27,523 nt of DNA from Phycisphaerales bacterium (GCA_027451365.1 DAIDJN010000009.1:1-27523), one strand, 5' to 3'; counted from the stretch's first letter, positions 1 to 7,423 are shown. Program-made: numbers and translations. Notes: generated from the sequence alone by a model not told the origin.

Positions 1-387
1 ACCGTCGGAGCGGTTTCTGGGGCGGCTACCCACAGCTATTATTACGTCAAATCTCTGCCATCGGCGTATTGGCAAACAGCCTCTGATGGCGAACAGATTA
101 GCTCGGCCACCGGCTACGTAGACAGCCTGACGAACGCGGTAAGCCCTGTTGGTGGGACGGATTTTGGCCCCCAGTATGGCCAAGTTGCAGCTTACAACAC
201 TGGCAGTGGGCCGGGGCCGGATTTCGTGGGGCTCGGTCATGCCCAAGGGCAGATCTTTGACATCTCCACAGCGCTTGGGCGTGAATCGCATTGGCTGCGG
301 CCCTACGGTACGGGGATGCAGATCATCACTTATTCGCGCCCGCCGGGGTTTACGGTATTTCCGCCTTTGCCGGGGGGGCCGCAATGA
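1..387 (+). CDS. 3' end of a probable polymorphic (Rhs-like) toxin; partial at window edge
   Basis: Frame +1 is open from base 1 to TGA 385-387 (TVGAVSGAATHSYYY...GGTDFGPQYGQVAAYNTGSG...PYGTGMQIITYSRPPGFTVFPPLPGGPQ*). The stop overlaps the ATG of the next gene (ATGA 384-387). It is absent from the ORF track because it lacks a start in the window. Confidence 0.6.
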   Translation, partial: TVGAVSGAATHSYYYVKSLPSAYWQTASDGEQISSATGYVDSLTNAVSPVGGTDFGPQYGQVAAYNTGSGPGPDFVGLGHAQGQIFDISTALGRESHWLRPYGTGMQIITYSRPPGFTVFPPLPGGPQ

Positions 388-1109
388 TTGAGTTCAAGGG
401 TAAAACTTTCGGTAGCTTGCGAGATCGGGATTCCGGGCGAACCTTTTCAGGGTTTTCGTTTGTGGATTGTCATTTCCAGAGCTGCCTGATTTATTGCGAG
501 TTCGCGGAACTCGAACGCAGAACGCGGGTTACGAATATCGAGGCGCGTAGCTGTTCGCACGCCGGGTGCGGGCTGAAGGGCGGAATCGTCGAGGATGTGT
601 TGGTGGAGAATTTCAAGACGGCCAAGATGTTCGACACACGGGGAACGGTATTCAAGCATGTGACATTCAAAGGGAAAAACGGTCGGCTGATGTTCAGTGA
701 CCTCTTCGACTTGCCGTTCAAAGGCAAGACGACCAGTCTGCAGCGGACATTTGAGAAAGCGAACGCGGAATATTATTCCACGGTGGACTGGGCCTTGGAC
801 ATTAAAGAGGCGGAATTCGATGACTTCGACTGCCGGGGCGTTCCATCGCGATTGGTGCGGCGGAACCCGGAGACGCAGATGATGTTGACCAAAGAACGCG
901 TGTTGGCGAATAAAGATACGATTGGGGTGGGGGGTGAGCATTGGGAGGGCATGATCAAGCTTTTTCTAGACGATTCGCTCGGCTTTGCCAGCCCAGCTGG
1001 TGACGCAATCTACGTCGTCCCGCGAAAACCTCCTCGCGGTTTTGACCGCCAATCCCTAGTCGCCGGCATTGAAGCCCTTCGTCGCGCTGGCGTGGCGGAG
1101 CCGGATTGA
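384..1109 (+). CDS. putative immunity protein (beta-helix/pentapeptide-like N-terminal part, WALDIKEAEF...GVPSRLVRRNPETQ motif)
   Basis: ATG at 384 is coupled to the upstream stop, giving a 241-aa ORF. It sits directly behind a toxin-like C-terminus. Confidence 0.6.
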   Translation: MIEFKGKTFGSLRDRDSGRTFSGFSFVDCHFQSCLIYCEFAELERRTRVTNIEARSCSHAGCGLKGGIVEDVLVENFKTAKMFDTRGTVFKHVTFKGKNGRLMFSDLFDLPFKGKTTSLQRTFEKANAEYYSTVDWALDIKEAEFDDFDCRGVPSRLVRRNPETQMMLTKERVLANKDTIGVGGEHWEGMIKLFLDDSLGFASPAGDAIYVVPRKPPRGFDRQSLVAGIEALRRAGVAEPD

Positions 1110-1187
1110 AACATGGCCATGTTATAGCGGCTTTAGCGGCCCAGCGGATTGTGATTCGGCTGATATTCATGATAATGGAGACAACTG

Positions 1188-1209
1188 CAGTCCCGGCTCG
1201 CCGGGACTG
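1188..1209. terminator. GC-rich hairpin after the immunity gene
   Basis: CAGTCCCGGC-TC-GCCGGGACTG is a 10-bp perfect inverted repeat with no clear U-tract. Confidence 0.35.
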
Positions 1210-1440
1210 ATCAATAGTCAGAATGTAAGGAAGGTCGCATAAACAATGGTGGCGGCGGCTGAAAAAATTGTTTCAGAATGCAGGAGGCAGGAGACACAAG
1301 TCAGGAGCACGCACGCAATTGGCCGGCGGATTTGTTCCGGCATTAACAAGTCTCTGCGAACCTCTGTTTCTTCAGCGGTTCCAAATCATTTTGAGTTCAT
1401 TTTTCATCGGTCCTTGCGCATTGGGCGAAGCGCCGGTCGC

Positions 1441-1641
1441 TTCGTCGGCAATCATCCAACGTATGCGACGGACCCGACGGGGTTGTTTGAAGGGGGTAAT
1501 GCTTTGGGCACTTCGGGCATACCGACGGTTACCACCTATGGTAGCGGGACGCTTGATGCGTTAGCCGGGGGAGCGTCGTATGGCGGCGGCAATCAGATTT
1601 ACATCCCTAAAGTCAATCCTGCTTGGGTGGTGCGGCCATGA
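1441..1641 (+). pseudogene. orphan Rhs core end plus very short C-terminal toxin remnant
   Basis: FVGNHPTYATDPTGL matches the Rhs core terminal motif (PxxxxDPxGL). Only about 50 aa follow, ending GGGNQIYIPKVNPAWVVRP*. The stop overlaps the next ATG (ATGA 1638-1641). Confidence 0.75.
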
Positions 1642-2003
1642 CAACGATCGAGATGATGGATTTGGTGCGTCGCTGGTTCGGGCATGCTGAACAAGCGGAT
1701 GGGCCGTTGCTGCCCGATGGCTGGTTCGGTGGGCGCTGTCGGGAGAACACATTCTGGTTGAAGGATGTCCGTGTATCGGACGAAGCGTTAGATATTCATT
1801 TTGATTCGAACACTGTCCTTCACTTCGATCGTCCTGGTCGGGTTTTCGTCGAAAACTCGGAATTGGTATTTGACGGCTTCCAGCAAGCAACGCTACGTTG
1901 GAGACATTACGGTGGCGGTCCAGATGCTCCTTACCACGAAAAGCGTTACACTGCGGGTCAGGTGCGTCTGGTACCGCCAGTGGGGACAACAGTATTGCTT
2001 TGA
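1638..2003 (+). CDS. putative immunity protein (LPDGWFGGR motif)
   Basis: 121-aa ORF translationally coupled to the Rhs tip. Confidence 0.65.
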   Translation: MTTIEMMDLVRRWFGHAEQADGPLLPDGWFGGRCRENTFWLKDVRVSDEALDIHFDSNTVLHFDRPGRVFVENSELVFDGFQQATLRWRHYGGGPDAPYHEKRYTAGQVRLVPPVGTTVLL

Positions 2004-2052
2004 GCAGACGGGCTGAAATCCCACCAAGGCCGGAGCGCAAGATAAAAGAGTT

Positions 2053-2143
2053 GGAACCCAGATTTTTGTATCTCCCGTTTTGCCAGCACTTACGAGGAAC
2101 CCAAGGACTTTTTGTGGGTTCTTCTGGGTTCCGGGTTGGTTCC
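2053..2143. repeat. nested GGAACCCA/TGGGTTC inverted repeats
   Basis: GGAACCCAGA (2053-2062) and TCTGGGTTCC (2123-2132) are a perfect pair. The inner pair GAGGAACCCA (2094-2103) and TGGGTTCTTC (2115-2124) has one mismatch. Confidence 0.6.
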
Positions 2144-2241
2144 GCTGCATTGCCGCGGGGGCGACTAAACCCCCGTCTTGCGGTGCGATATGTCGTAGGG
2201 AAATCAACGTGGAACCATTGCGATACGTGGTGACGACCCAT

Positions 2242-2492
2242 CAACGAAATATTTCCCCATGTCGGTACCATCGGTTAAACTTTTGTGCATGTCAGCGGCT
2301 GAAGAAAAAATAACACTTTCCCGGATCAGGGCGGGCCTCGCCTGGCTGACGCCGCTGCTGTTTCTTTTAGCGGCTTTGGTCGCTCCAGCCGCTCCTGCCG
2401 CGTCGGCGAAAACGCCCGGCGTCCCGCCAAACCGTGCCTGGGGAAATTCCGCAGGAATGCTCCAATCACGTCCGATTCAGACGCCGCAAAGC
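2242..2492 (+). repeat. toxin leader module copy 1 (promoter region, signal peptide, KTP..P.NR.W.N)
   Basis: Near-identical to 7069-7355 at both ends, and similar to 5510-5623 in the middle. Confidence 0.9.
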
Positions 2493-2912
2493 CTTGAATT
2501 GCAACGGGAAAACTCCATTGGCCGGTACGATTCGGCGGTGGGTGATACTCTTGCCGCAGAGAGTGGCGTCCTTGAGAACGCCAACTACGCACAGAAGACG
2601 TTTAGCCACGCGTTTAGCACCGAAGGAACGTTTGCGGGTCGTACAGTCGAAGATGTGGCCGGCGCACTCAGATCGGGAGTAATGAAACCTGCCGCCATCC
2701 CGATTCAATACATTGAACGTGATGGCCAGGTCCTAATTTTGAACACCCGATCTGCGCAAGCGTTGGAACAAGCGGGAATTCCGCGGGCGCGGTGGAACGC
2801 AGTCAATGTGACGGGCAATGCGGATGCAGAAGGAAGATTGACCAGGCAGCTCCTGAATAACAATCTGACGAGTCAAGGTGCTTCGACCGTCAGACCAAGC
2901 GGAAGGAGATAA
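2289..2912 (+). CDS. signal-peptide polymorphic toxin with ParB/Srx-like C-terminal toxin domain
   Basis: Hydrophobic N-terminal segment ending in ASA, then the conserved leader and an RYDSAVGDTLAAES junction. The C-terminal NYAQKTFS...AGRTVEDVAGALRSG...IPIQYIERDGQVLILNTRSAQAL resembles ParB-like Rhs tips. Start at 2289 was chosen from TAAACT 7 nt upstream and alignment with copy 2; 2259 is the alternative. Confidence 0.7.
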   Translation: MSAAEEKITLSRIRAGLAWLTPLLFLLAALVAPAAPAASAKTPGVPPNRAWGNSAGMLQSRPIQTPQSLELQRENSIGRYDSAVGDTLAAESGVLENANYAQKTFSHAFSTEGTFAGRTVEDVAGALRSGVMKPAAIPIQYIERDGQVLILNTRSAQALEQAGIPRARWNAVNVTGNADAEGRLTRQLLNNNLTSQGASTVRPSGRR

Positions 2913-2914
2913 CC

Positions 2915-3298
2915 GTGAATTCTCAAGAGGCGCTCTATAAAGTTCCGGTGCCATCAACAAGCTTTGAGGGTGATGCGCATTTGTGCGCGAACGTCATCCG
3001 TTTCCAATATTACCGGGATGGTGTGCTTTACCGGAGTGGCATTCGATTCGCCGCGATGCCAGCCACAAGGACACGTGCTGAAAGGTGCTGTAGAGTATGG
3101 CACTTGGAGGCTTACGATACATTGGTCGAAGTTGAAGGCTCCTCGTGGGTTGAGGAAGTCCGTGCGGACATGCAGGAAAGGTGGAGGGGCAAATGGCAAA
3201 TGCACCACTACATGATTTACTTGGACAGCGCCGGGTGTTTTGAGGTGATTGCTGATTCGTGGGAGGCGATTCCCGAGGAGCCGGGCGCATGGGAATAG
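2915..3298 (+). CDS. putative cognate immunity protein
   Basis: GTG start 2 nt after the toxin stop, with a GGAAGGAG RBS inside the toxin 3' end. 127 aa, ending HHYMIYLDSAGCFEVIADSWE. Confidence 0.7.
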   Translation: MNSQEALYKVPVPSTSFEGDAHLCANVIRFQYYRDGVLYRSGIRFAAMPATRTRAERCCRVWHLEAYDTLVEVEGSSWVEEVRADMQERWRGKWQMHHYMIYLDSAGCFEVIADSWEAIPEEPGAWE

Positions 3299-3831
3299 AC
3301 GCGGTGCAGTTGAGTAAGGCCGTCTCCCATGCGCTTCGGCATGAGCCGTGGCTTTATGAGCTTGAGCTTGATGAAGAAGGATGGACCAGTGTCGGCTCGC
3401 TGCTGATGGCGTTGCGGCAGGAGTCGCCAGCGTGGGGCAACCTATCGGAAGCTGATTTGGCCGAGATGATTCGGTCGTCGTCCAAGCAGCGGCACGAGCT
3501 AGCATCGGGCCGTATTCGCGCCCTATACGGCCATTCAATCCCGGGTAAACTCAGTAAGACGCCCGCCGCGCCTCCAGCTTGCCTGTTCCACGGAACCTCA
3601 CCCGCCTCTGTAGCCGCGATCCGGAACGATGGCCTCTTGCCTATGGCGCGGCAGTATGTCCATCTATCCATTGACCGGGAAACTGCGATGGCCGTCGGTA
3701 GACGAAAAGCCCCTGAGCCGATCATCCTCATTGTCAGGGCACAAGATGCTCATAATGCAGGGGTCAGGTTCTACCAAGGCAACGAAAAAGTGTGGCTCGC
3801 AGATCGTGTTACGTCGGAGTTCATTGAATAG
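3289..3831 (+). CDS. kptA: RNA 2'-phosphotransferase, KptA/Tpt1 family
   Basis: Motifs SKAVSHALRH, LDEEGW, IRALYGHS, LFHGT, GLLPMARQYVHLS and VWL. RBS GAGGAG precedes ATG 3289. Confidence 0.93.
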   Translation: MGIDAVQLSKAVSHALRHEPWLYELELDEEGWTSVGSLLMALRQESPAWGNLSEADLAEMIRSSSKQRHELASGRIRALYGHSIPGKLSKTPAAPPACLFHGTSPASVAAIRNDGLLPMARQYVHLSIDRETAMAVGRRKAPEPIILIVRAQDAHNAGVRFYQGNEKVWLADRVTSEFIE

Positions 3832-3991
3832 CATCTGGCCGCTGTCATCCACTGTCGTCCAATTAACACAATCATTGATCGCCATCGGCCCTAAGATTAC
3901 AAAACCAATGATTTTATTGACTTGAGACAGTTAAAGATGCGTAGCCAAGGGCGCAGCCGGAACATGTGAAAACCTTGGGGCTGTAGAATCA

Positions 3992-4016
3992 GGGGGCGAT
4001 ATACTCAGACGCCCCC
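3992..4016. terminator. hairpin between convergent kptA and DUF4926 genes
   Basis: GGGGGCG-N11-CGCCCCC. Confidence 0.35.
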
Positions 4017-4041
4017 CAGTTGTCTTCCCAGTATCCGGGGA

Positions 4042-4260
4042 TCAGGCGGCCTGCTGGGGTTGGTAATGGAGTACCAGAAGTTGGTGTTCCGGAATGGCGA
4101 GTTGGGCGTAGGTGCGGCCCTGGTCATCGGAGAATTCAACTTCAAATACACCGGGTGCCAGGGACTCTACGATGGTGCCAACTTGGCCGCGCACCAGCCC
4201 CTTGTCGGGCAGATCGCTGGTGATGGCAACAATATCAAGCGTGTGAATTTTGTGTCTCAT
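4042..4260 (-). CDS. DUF4926 family protein (putative antitoxin/immunity)
   Basis: LDIVAITSDLP..GLVRGQVGTIVE..APGVFEVEFSDDQGRTYA pattern. RBS CAGGAG precedes ATG 4260. Confidence 0.85.
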   Translation of the reverse strand: MRHKIHTLDIVAITSDLPDKGLVRGQVGTIVESLAPGVFEVEFSDDQGRTYAQLAIPEHQLLVLHYQPQQAA

Positions 4261-4291
4261 AACGGTCTCCTGCGGCGCGGTAAGCCACCAC

Positions 4292-4633
4292 CTACAACAC
4301 ATAACAACTGGTTAATCGTAGCACATTCTGGCCCGCCAATACAATCCATGCGGAACGGATCATTGCAGTGCCGGCCGCGGTGGTCATCGGAAAATCCAGC
4401 ACATAGCGTTGACCAAATTCGTCGGCATCCACAGGACGCAAATCATCTTGCCGGGAAAGGGCGGCATTCAGTATTGCCTGCCGCAATTGCCGGGCATCAC
4501 TGACCGTGATATCCAGCCGGGAGCGAAACACTCGGGCCTTGTGGCGTCCGCGCGGATGGGTGTCACTGAGGCAATAATCACGCAGTTTAGTAATGTCCAC
4601 CACGATGCTGTCGAATCTTCGCGCCAATCGCAT
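4292..4633 (-). CDS. DUF6883-like protein (putative RNase toxin)
   Basis: KLRDYCLSDTHPRGRHKARVF...FGQRY...IRSAWIV...RLTSCYV pattern, directly upstream of DUF4926. Confidence 0.75.
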   Translation of the reverse strand: MRLARRFDSIVVDITKLRDYCLSDTHPRGRHKARVFRSRLDITVSDARQLRQAILNAALSRQDDLRPVDADEFGQRYVLDFPMTTAAGTAMIRSAWIVLAGQNVLRLTSCYVL

Positions 4634-4652
4634 CTCTTTTTCTATTAGCCGC

Positions 4653-4724
4653 TTACCCGGTCGATGCCCAACGTTTGGCTTCTTGTTTGAGGATCAGGCA
4701 TTCCAGCACAGTTTTGGCAACACG
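4653..4724 (-). pseudogene. C-terminal remnant of an RstR-like XRE regulator
   Basis: The minus strand reads RVAKTVLECLILKQEAKRWASTG*, resembling the ..LEG(L/M)ILKHEA(K/R)RW tail of XRE repressors. It has no start of its own. Confidence 0.5.
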
Positions 4725-4897
4725 TTTACCGGATCGCCGGCGTCGCGGCAATCCTCCACATAAAGTTCCACGGCTTCGCGGATATTGCGCAGAATCTGGG
4801 CGCGATTGTCGCCCTGACTGACACAGCCCGGCAATGCCGGCACACTGGCGACAAAACCGCCGTCAGGTTCCTGTTCCAAAATCACTGTGTAACGCAT
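4694..4897 (-). CDS. hicB: HicB-family antitoxin, probably 3'-truncated; no hicA partner seen
   Basis: MRYTVILEQEPDGGFVASVPALPGCVSQGD...NIREAVELYVE, with RBS AAGGAG. The tail after GDPV runs into the XRE remnant. Confidence 0.85.
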   Translation of the reverse strand: MRYTVILEQEPDGGFVASVPALPGCVSQGDNRAQILRNIREAVELYVEDCRDAGDPVNVLPKLCWNA

Positions 4898-4920
4898 GGT
4901 GGTTCTCCTTACGGGGAACT

Positions 4921-4929
4921 ATTATAGCA
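4921..4929 (-). promoter_or_regulatory. extended -10 promoter of hicB
   Basis: TGCTATAAT on the minus strand, about 10 nt upstream of the RBS. Confidence 0.65.
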
Positions 4930-5211
4930 TATTCCACAGGACGGCGAAAAAATAGTGTTGGGCGGACATGGCGCCTTTGGTTGGCCCGACCAGAATGTCA
5001 CCACCGGGCGATTCAAAACCAGCCACCAAAGGGCGCAAATCAAGGTTTCAATACCAGCCGCTGGAATTCAATCTGCTAATGTCTGATCACCGCTGCTGTC
5101 AAGGCCTGTTTTGGAGCCTGTTGGAGCTATTGTTTCGGGGCCGTATTCTTGACAGGAATAAATAGGATCGCGATCATGCCGAATATGGTAGAAAATTACG
5201 TGGCTGACCTG

Positions 5212-5292
5212 GGCATCCATGCACTTATGCCCAAGCTCACGCAACGCGTACGCTGCGATCCGGAGCATGTTCGCATCAATAAGAAAACGCAT
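5212..5292 (-). pseudogene. N-terminal fragment of a DUF5615/PIN-like toxin
   Basis: MRFLIDANMLRIAAYALRELGH matches the PIN-like N-terminal D-x-N motif. Similarity is lost after about 27 aa, and the downstream T-x-D-x-D-F motif is absent. Confidence 0.65.
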
Positions 5293-5404
5293 CGGGCCTC
5301 GTCGTAAAATGTGTCAACCGGGCAACGGGTGAAACTGTTCTTGTTCAACAAGCTTGCCGATGCTGCGATATCACCGATCCCAGTCTTCATGGAGCGATGA
5401 CTCT

Positions 5405-5434
5405 TTGTCATTGCGGCCAGTCGCATGGTAAAAT
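5405..5434 (+). promoter_or_regulatory. sigma70-type promoter of toxin copy 2 (probably leaderless)
   Basis: TTGTCA-N18-TAAAAT with a TG extension, 8 nt before ATG 5443. No SD sequence. Confidence 0.55.
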
Positions 5435-5442
5435 GTCCACCG

Positions 5443-6264
5443 ATGAAGGGCATTGAAGAAAAAGTCCGCTCCATCATGACGTCTGGCGGGACCAGGCACA
5501 GAGCCTCCGCGCTGATCCTTTGTCTTTTAGCCGCTTTAATCGCCCTGGCTTCTGGCCTGGCTGGTCCGTCCAGCGCGTCGGCAAAAACGCCCGGCGTCCC
5601 GCAAAACCGCGTCTGGGGAAATTGCGGCAGTGCCACCCGGCAAAAACTCCGCAACACAGTTCGCCCGGCCCAACAGGAACACCTGACGTTAATTGGCCAA
5701 ATACAGTGGCGGGCGACCACCAGAACCCATATAACCTCCGGCTCCGCCGGTGGTGCGACGGCAATACCCGCGCGTCGCATCGAAATTCCAAGCAGGTTCC
5801 AGCAGTTGGCCGCCCGCTCCATCCACCCTACCGTCAGCCATTTTGGCCGCGACCCACCGGTACAACTCACGTTAAACCCACGATACGACCGGAGCACCCG
5901 GTACGGCGTCGCCGTCAGTGTTTTCATTGCCGCAGAGAATCCACTGACGGGCACAGCGCTGGCTCGACAGCTGGGTAAGGAAGGGGAAAACGCCGTAGGC
6001 ATCACCGCTCCGAAGGTGGGGATTAAGATGCCGTCGGGCATCAGGCGGTTCCCGGACAACGTCAATGCCACAACGCTAACTGAGGTGAAGAATGTAAGCT
6101 CGTTGAGCTACACGCAACAGTTGCGGGATTACGTTTCTTGGGCGCAAGCAAACGGCCGCACGGTCCAACTCTGGGTACGGCCGTCAACCACCTTCTCTGG
6201 GCCGCTTCAGCAAGCCATCAATAGCAGGCAGATCATCATTAATTACATTCCGGGGGCAAAGTGA
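5443..6264 (+). CDS. signal-peptide polymorphic toxin with Tox-REase-7-type nuclease tip
   Basis: Leader copy 2 and an RYGVAVSVFIAAEN junction, then G..GE...RFPD...EVKNVSSLSYTQQLRDY...LWVRPSTTFSGPL, a PD-(D/E)xK REase-7 pattern. Confidence 0.85.
   Translation: MKGIEEKVRSIMTSGGTRHRASALILCLLAALIALASGLAGPSSASAKTPGVPQNRVWGNCGSATRQKLRNTVRPAQQEHLTLIGQIQWRATTRTHITSGSAGGATAIPARRIEIPSRFQQLAARSIHPTVSHFGRDPPVQLTLNPRYDRSTRYGVAVSVFIAAENPLTGTALARQLGKEGENAVGITAPKVGIKMPSGIRRFPDNVNATTLTEVKNVSSLSYTQQLRDYVSWAQANGRTVQLWVRPSTTFSGPLQQAINSRQIIINYIPGAK
5510..5623 (+). repeat. toxin leader module copy 2 (conserved core)
   Basis: CGCTGATCCTTTGTCTTTTAGCCGCTTTAATCGCCCTGGCT...CCGCAAAACCGCGTCTGGGGAAATT is highly similar to 7198-7311. 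Confidence 0.9.
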
Positions 6265-6896
6265 TGGCTGAAAAGCGGAAGAAAGTAACAGCTAAAGAGC
6301 TAATGGATCGCCTTCACGCCGACCCCGAGTGGGTACGGCAGGAAGCGGAGCGTGAGGCGAGGCGTAAGGCAATCGAGGCCCAGTTAGAGGCATGGGAAAA
6401 GCCGTTAGTAACTGAACTTGCAGAGGCTGGAGTCAGGATCCTGCCGACATTGGCCCAGCGATTGGAATCCGGCAATATGAACTCGCAGGAGCGGATTGCG
6501 CCAACGTCCGCCTGGGATTTGGCGAACTCGAAAGAAAACTATCCGGCTGCGATTCCTGTGCTGCTGAAGCATCTTCGTCGGCCGTACCACCCGGTAATAC
6601 GCGATGGAATTGCGAGGGCGTTGACGGTACCTGAGGCCCGCGGCGCAGCTGCTCGTGAGATATTGGAGACGCTCAAACGGGAGGAGAAAAAGGAACAGAC
6701 GGACAATTTGCCCCGCGGCGACGTGCGGTGGGCCTTGGCCAACGCCCTGGTAGTGGTGGGTGATGCCAGTATGGTGGAGGAGATTAAAGCGTTGATTGCC
6801 GATCCGTGTTACGCCGACATACAGGCCCGGTTGAAGGACGCCTTGAAGCATTGCGAGCGCCTGGCTAAACGCAATTTGGGCGGTAAGACAAGGTAA
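6264..6896 (+). CDS. HEAT-like repeat immunity protein
   Basis: TGATG coupling to the toxin stop (GTG 6261 is the alternative start). Helical repeats WDLAN...YPAAIPVLLKHL...IRDGIARAL...VRWALANAL. Confidence 0.75.
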   Translation: MAEKRKKVTAKELMDRLHADPEWVRQEAEREARRKAIEAQLEAWEKPLVTELAEAGVRILPTLAQRLESGNMNSQERIAPTSAWDLANSKENYPAAIPVLLKHLRRPYHPVIRDGIARALTVPEARGAAAREILETLKREEKKEQTDNLPRGDVRWALANALVVVGDASMVEEIKALIADPCYADIQARLKDALKHCERLAKRNLGGKTR

Positions 6897-7068
6897 AAGA
6901 CTTGGCATCCCATCATTTTTCAGAGATGCCATTGGCTGCCGTTCCGGTGGGCGGGATTGCGTGTTGCTGCACAAGTTCCCAGTGATCGGGAATTTCTTTT
7001 TAGCCGCGCGTTGAAACCGTTGCCTTGAAATTCCGTTGCCGCGTTGGTTCCGCTCCATCGCCGCGCGG

Positions 7069-7355
7069 CAACGAAATATTTCCCCATGTCGGCACCATCG
7101 GTTAAACTGCTGTGCATGTCAGCGGCTGAAGAAAGAGCGATTCTCTCCGGCAAACCCACGACGCTTGGCGCGTCCGGGCACCGGCGCGGAGCGATGACGC
7201 TGATCCTTTTTCTTTTAGCCGCTTTAATCGCCCTGGCTACTGGTCTGGCCGGCCCGACCAGCGCGTCGGCCAAAACGCCGTGCACCCCGCAAAACCGCGT
7301 CTGGGAAAATTCCGCAGGAATGCTCCAATCGCATCCGATTCACACGCCGCAAAGC
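7069..7355 (+). repeat. toxin leader module copy 3
   Basis: Matches copy 1 at the 5' and 3' ends and copy 2 in the middle. Confidence 0.9.
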
Positions 7356-7423
7356 GATCGCCGGGCGGCTATATTCGCTACACAGACGGGTACGGGGGCG
7401 ATACGCCTCCGATGTCGAGGTGA
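7116..7423 (+). pseudogene. internally deleted signal-peptide toxin
   Basis: Identity to copy 1 stops at ...CCGCAAAGC (7355). Another frame then reads SPGGYIRYTDGYGGDTPPMSR* (7358-7423), ending 3 nt before the next ATG. Confidence 0.7.

Noticed and set aside
291..383. ORF-track start at 291 for the first immunity gene
   Set aside because: It lies within the upstream frame +1 gene; ATG 384 with ATGA coupling is more plausible.
1246..1440. 5' part of the 131-aa ORF
   Set aside because: It shows no Rhs-like character before FVGNHP, so it is probably fortuitous open frame.
3901..3925. CAATGATTTTATTG quasi-palindrome as an att/dif-like site
   Set aside because: It is a single weak copy with no recombinase or partner site in the window.
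5170..5211. SHVIFYHIRH as a ParE toxin remnant
   Set aside because: The match is too short to support.
5196..6071. 291-aa minus-strand ORF, and the similar 6920-7285 ORF
   Set aside because: These are antisense shadows of the leader/toxin genes; their mutual similarity only reflects the repeat.
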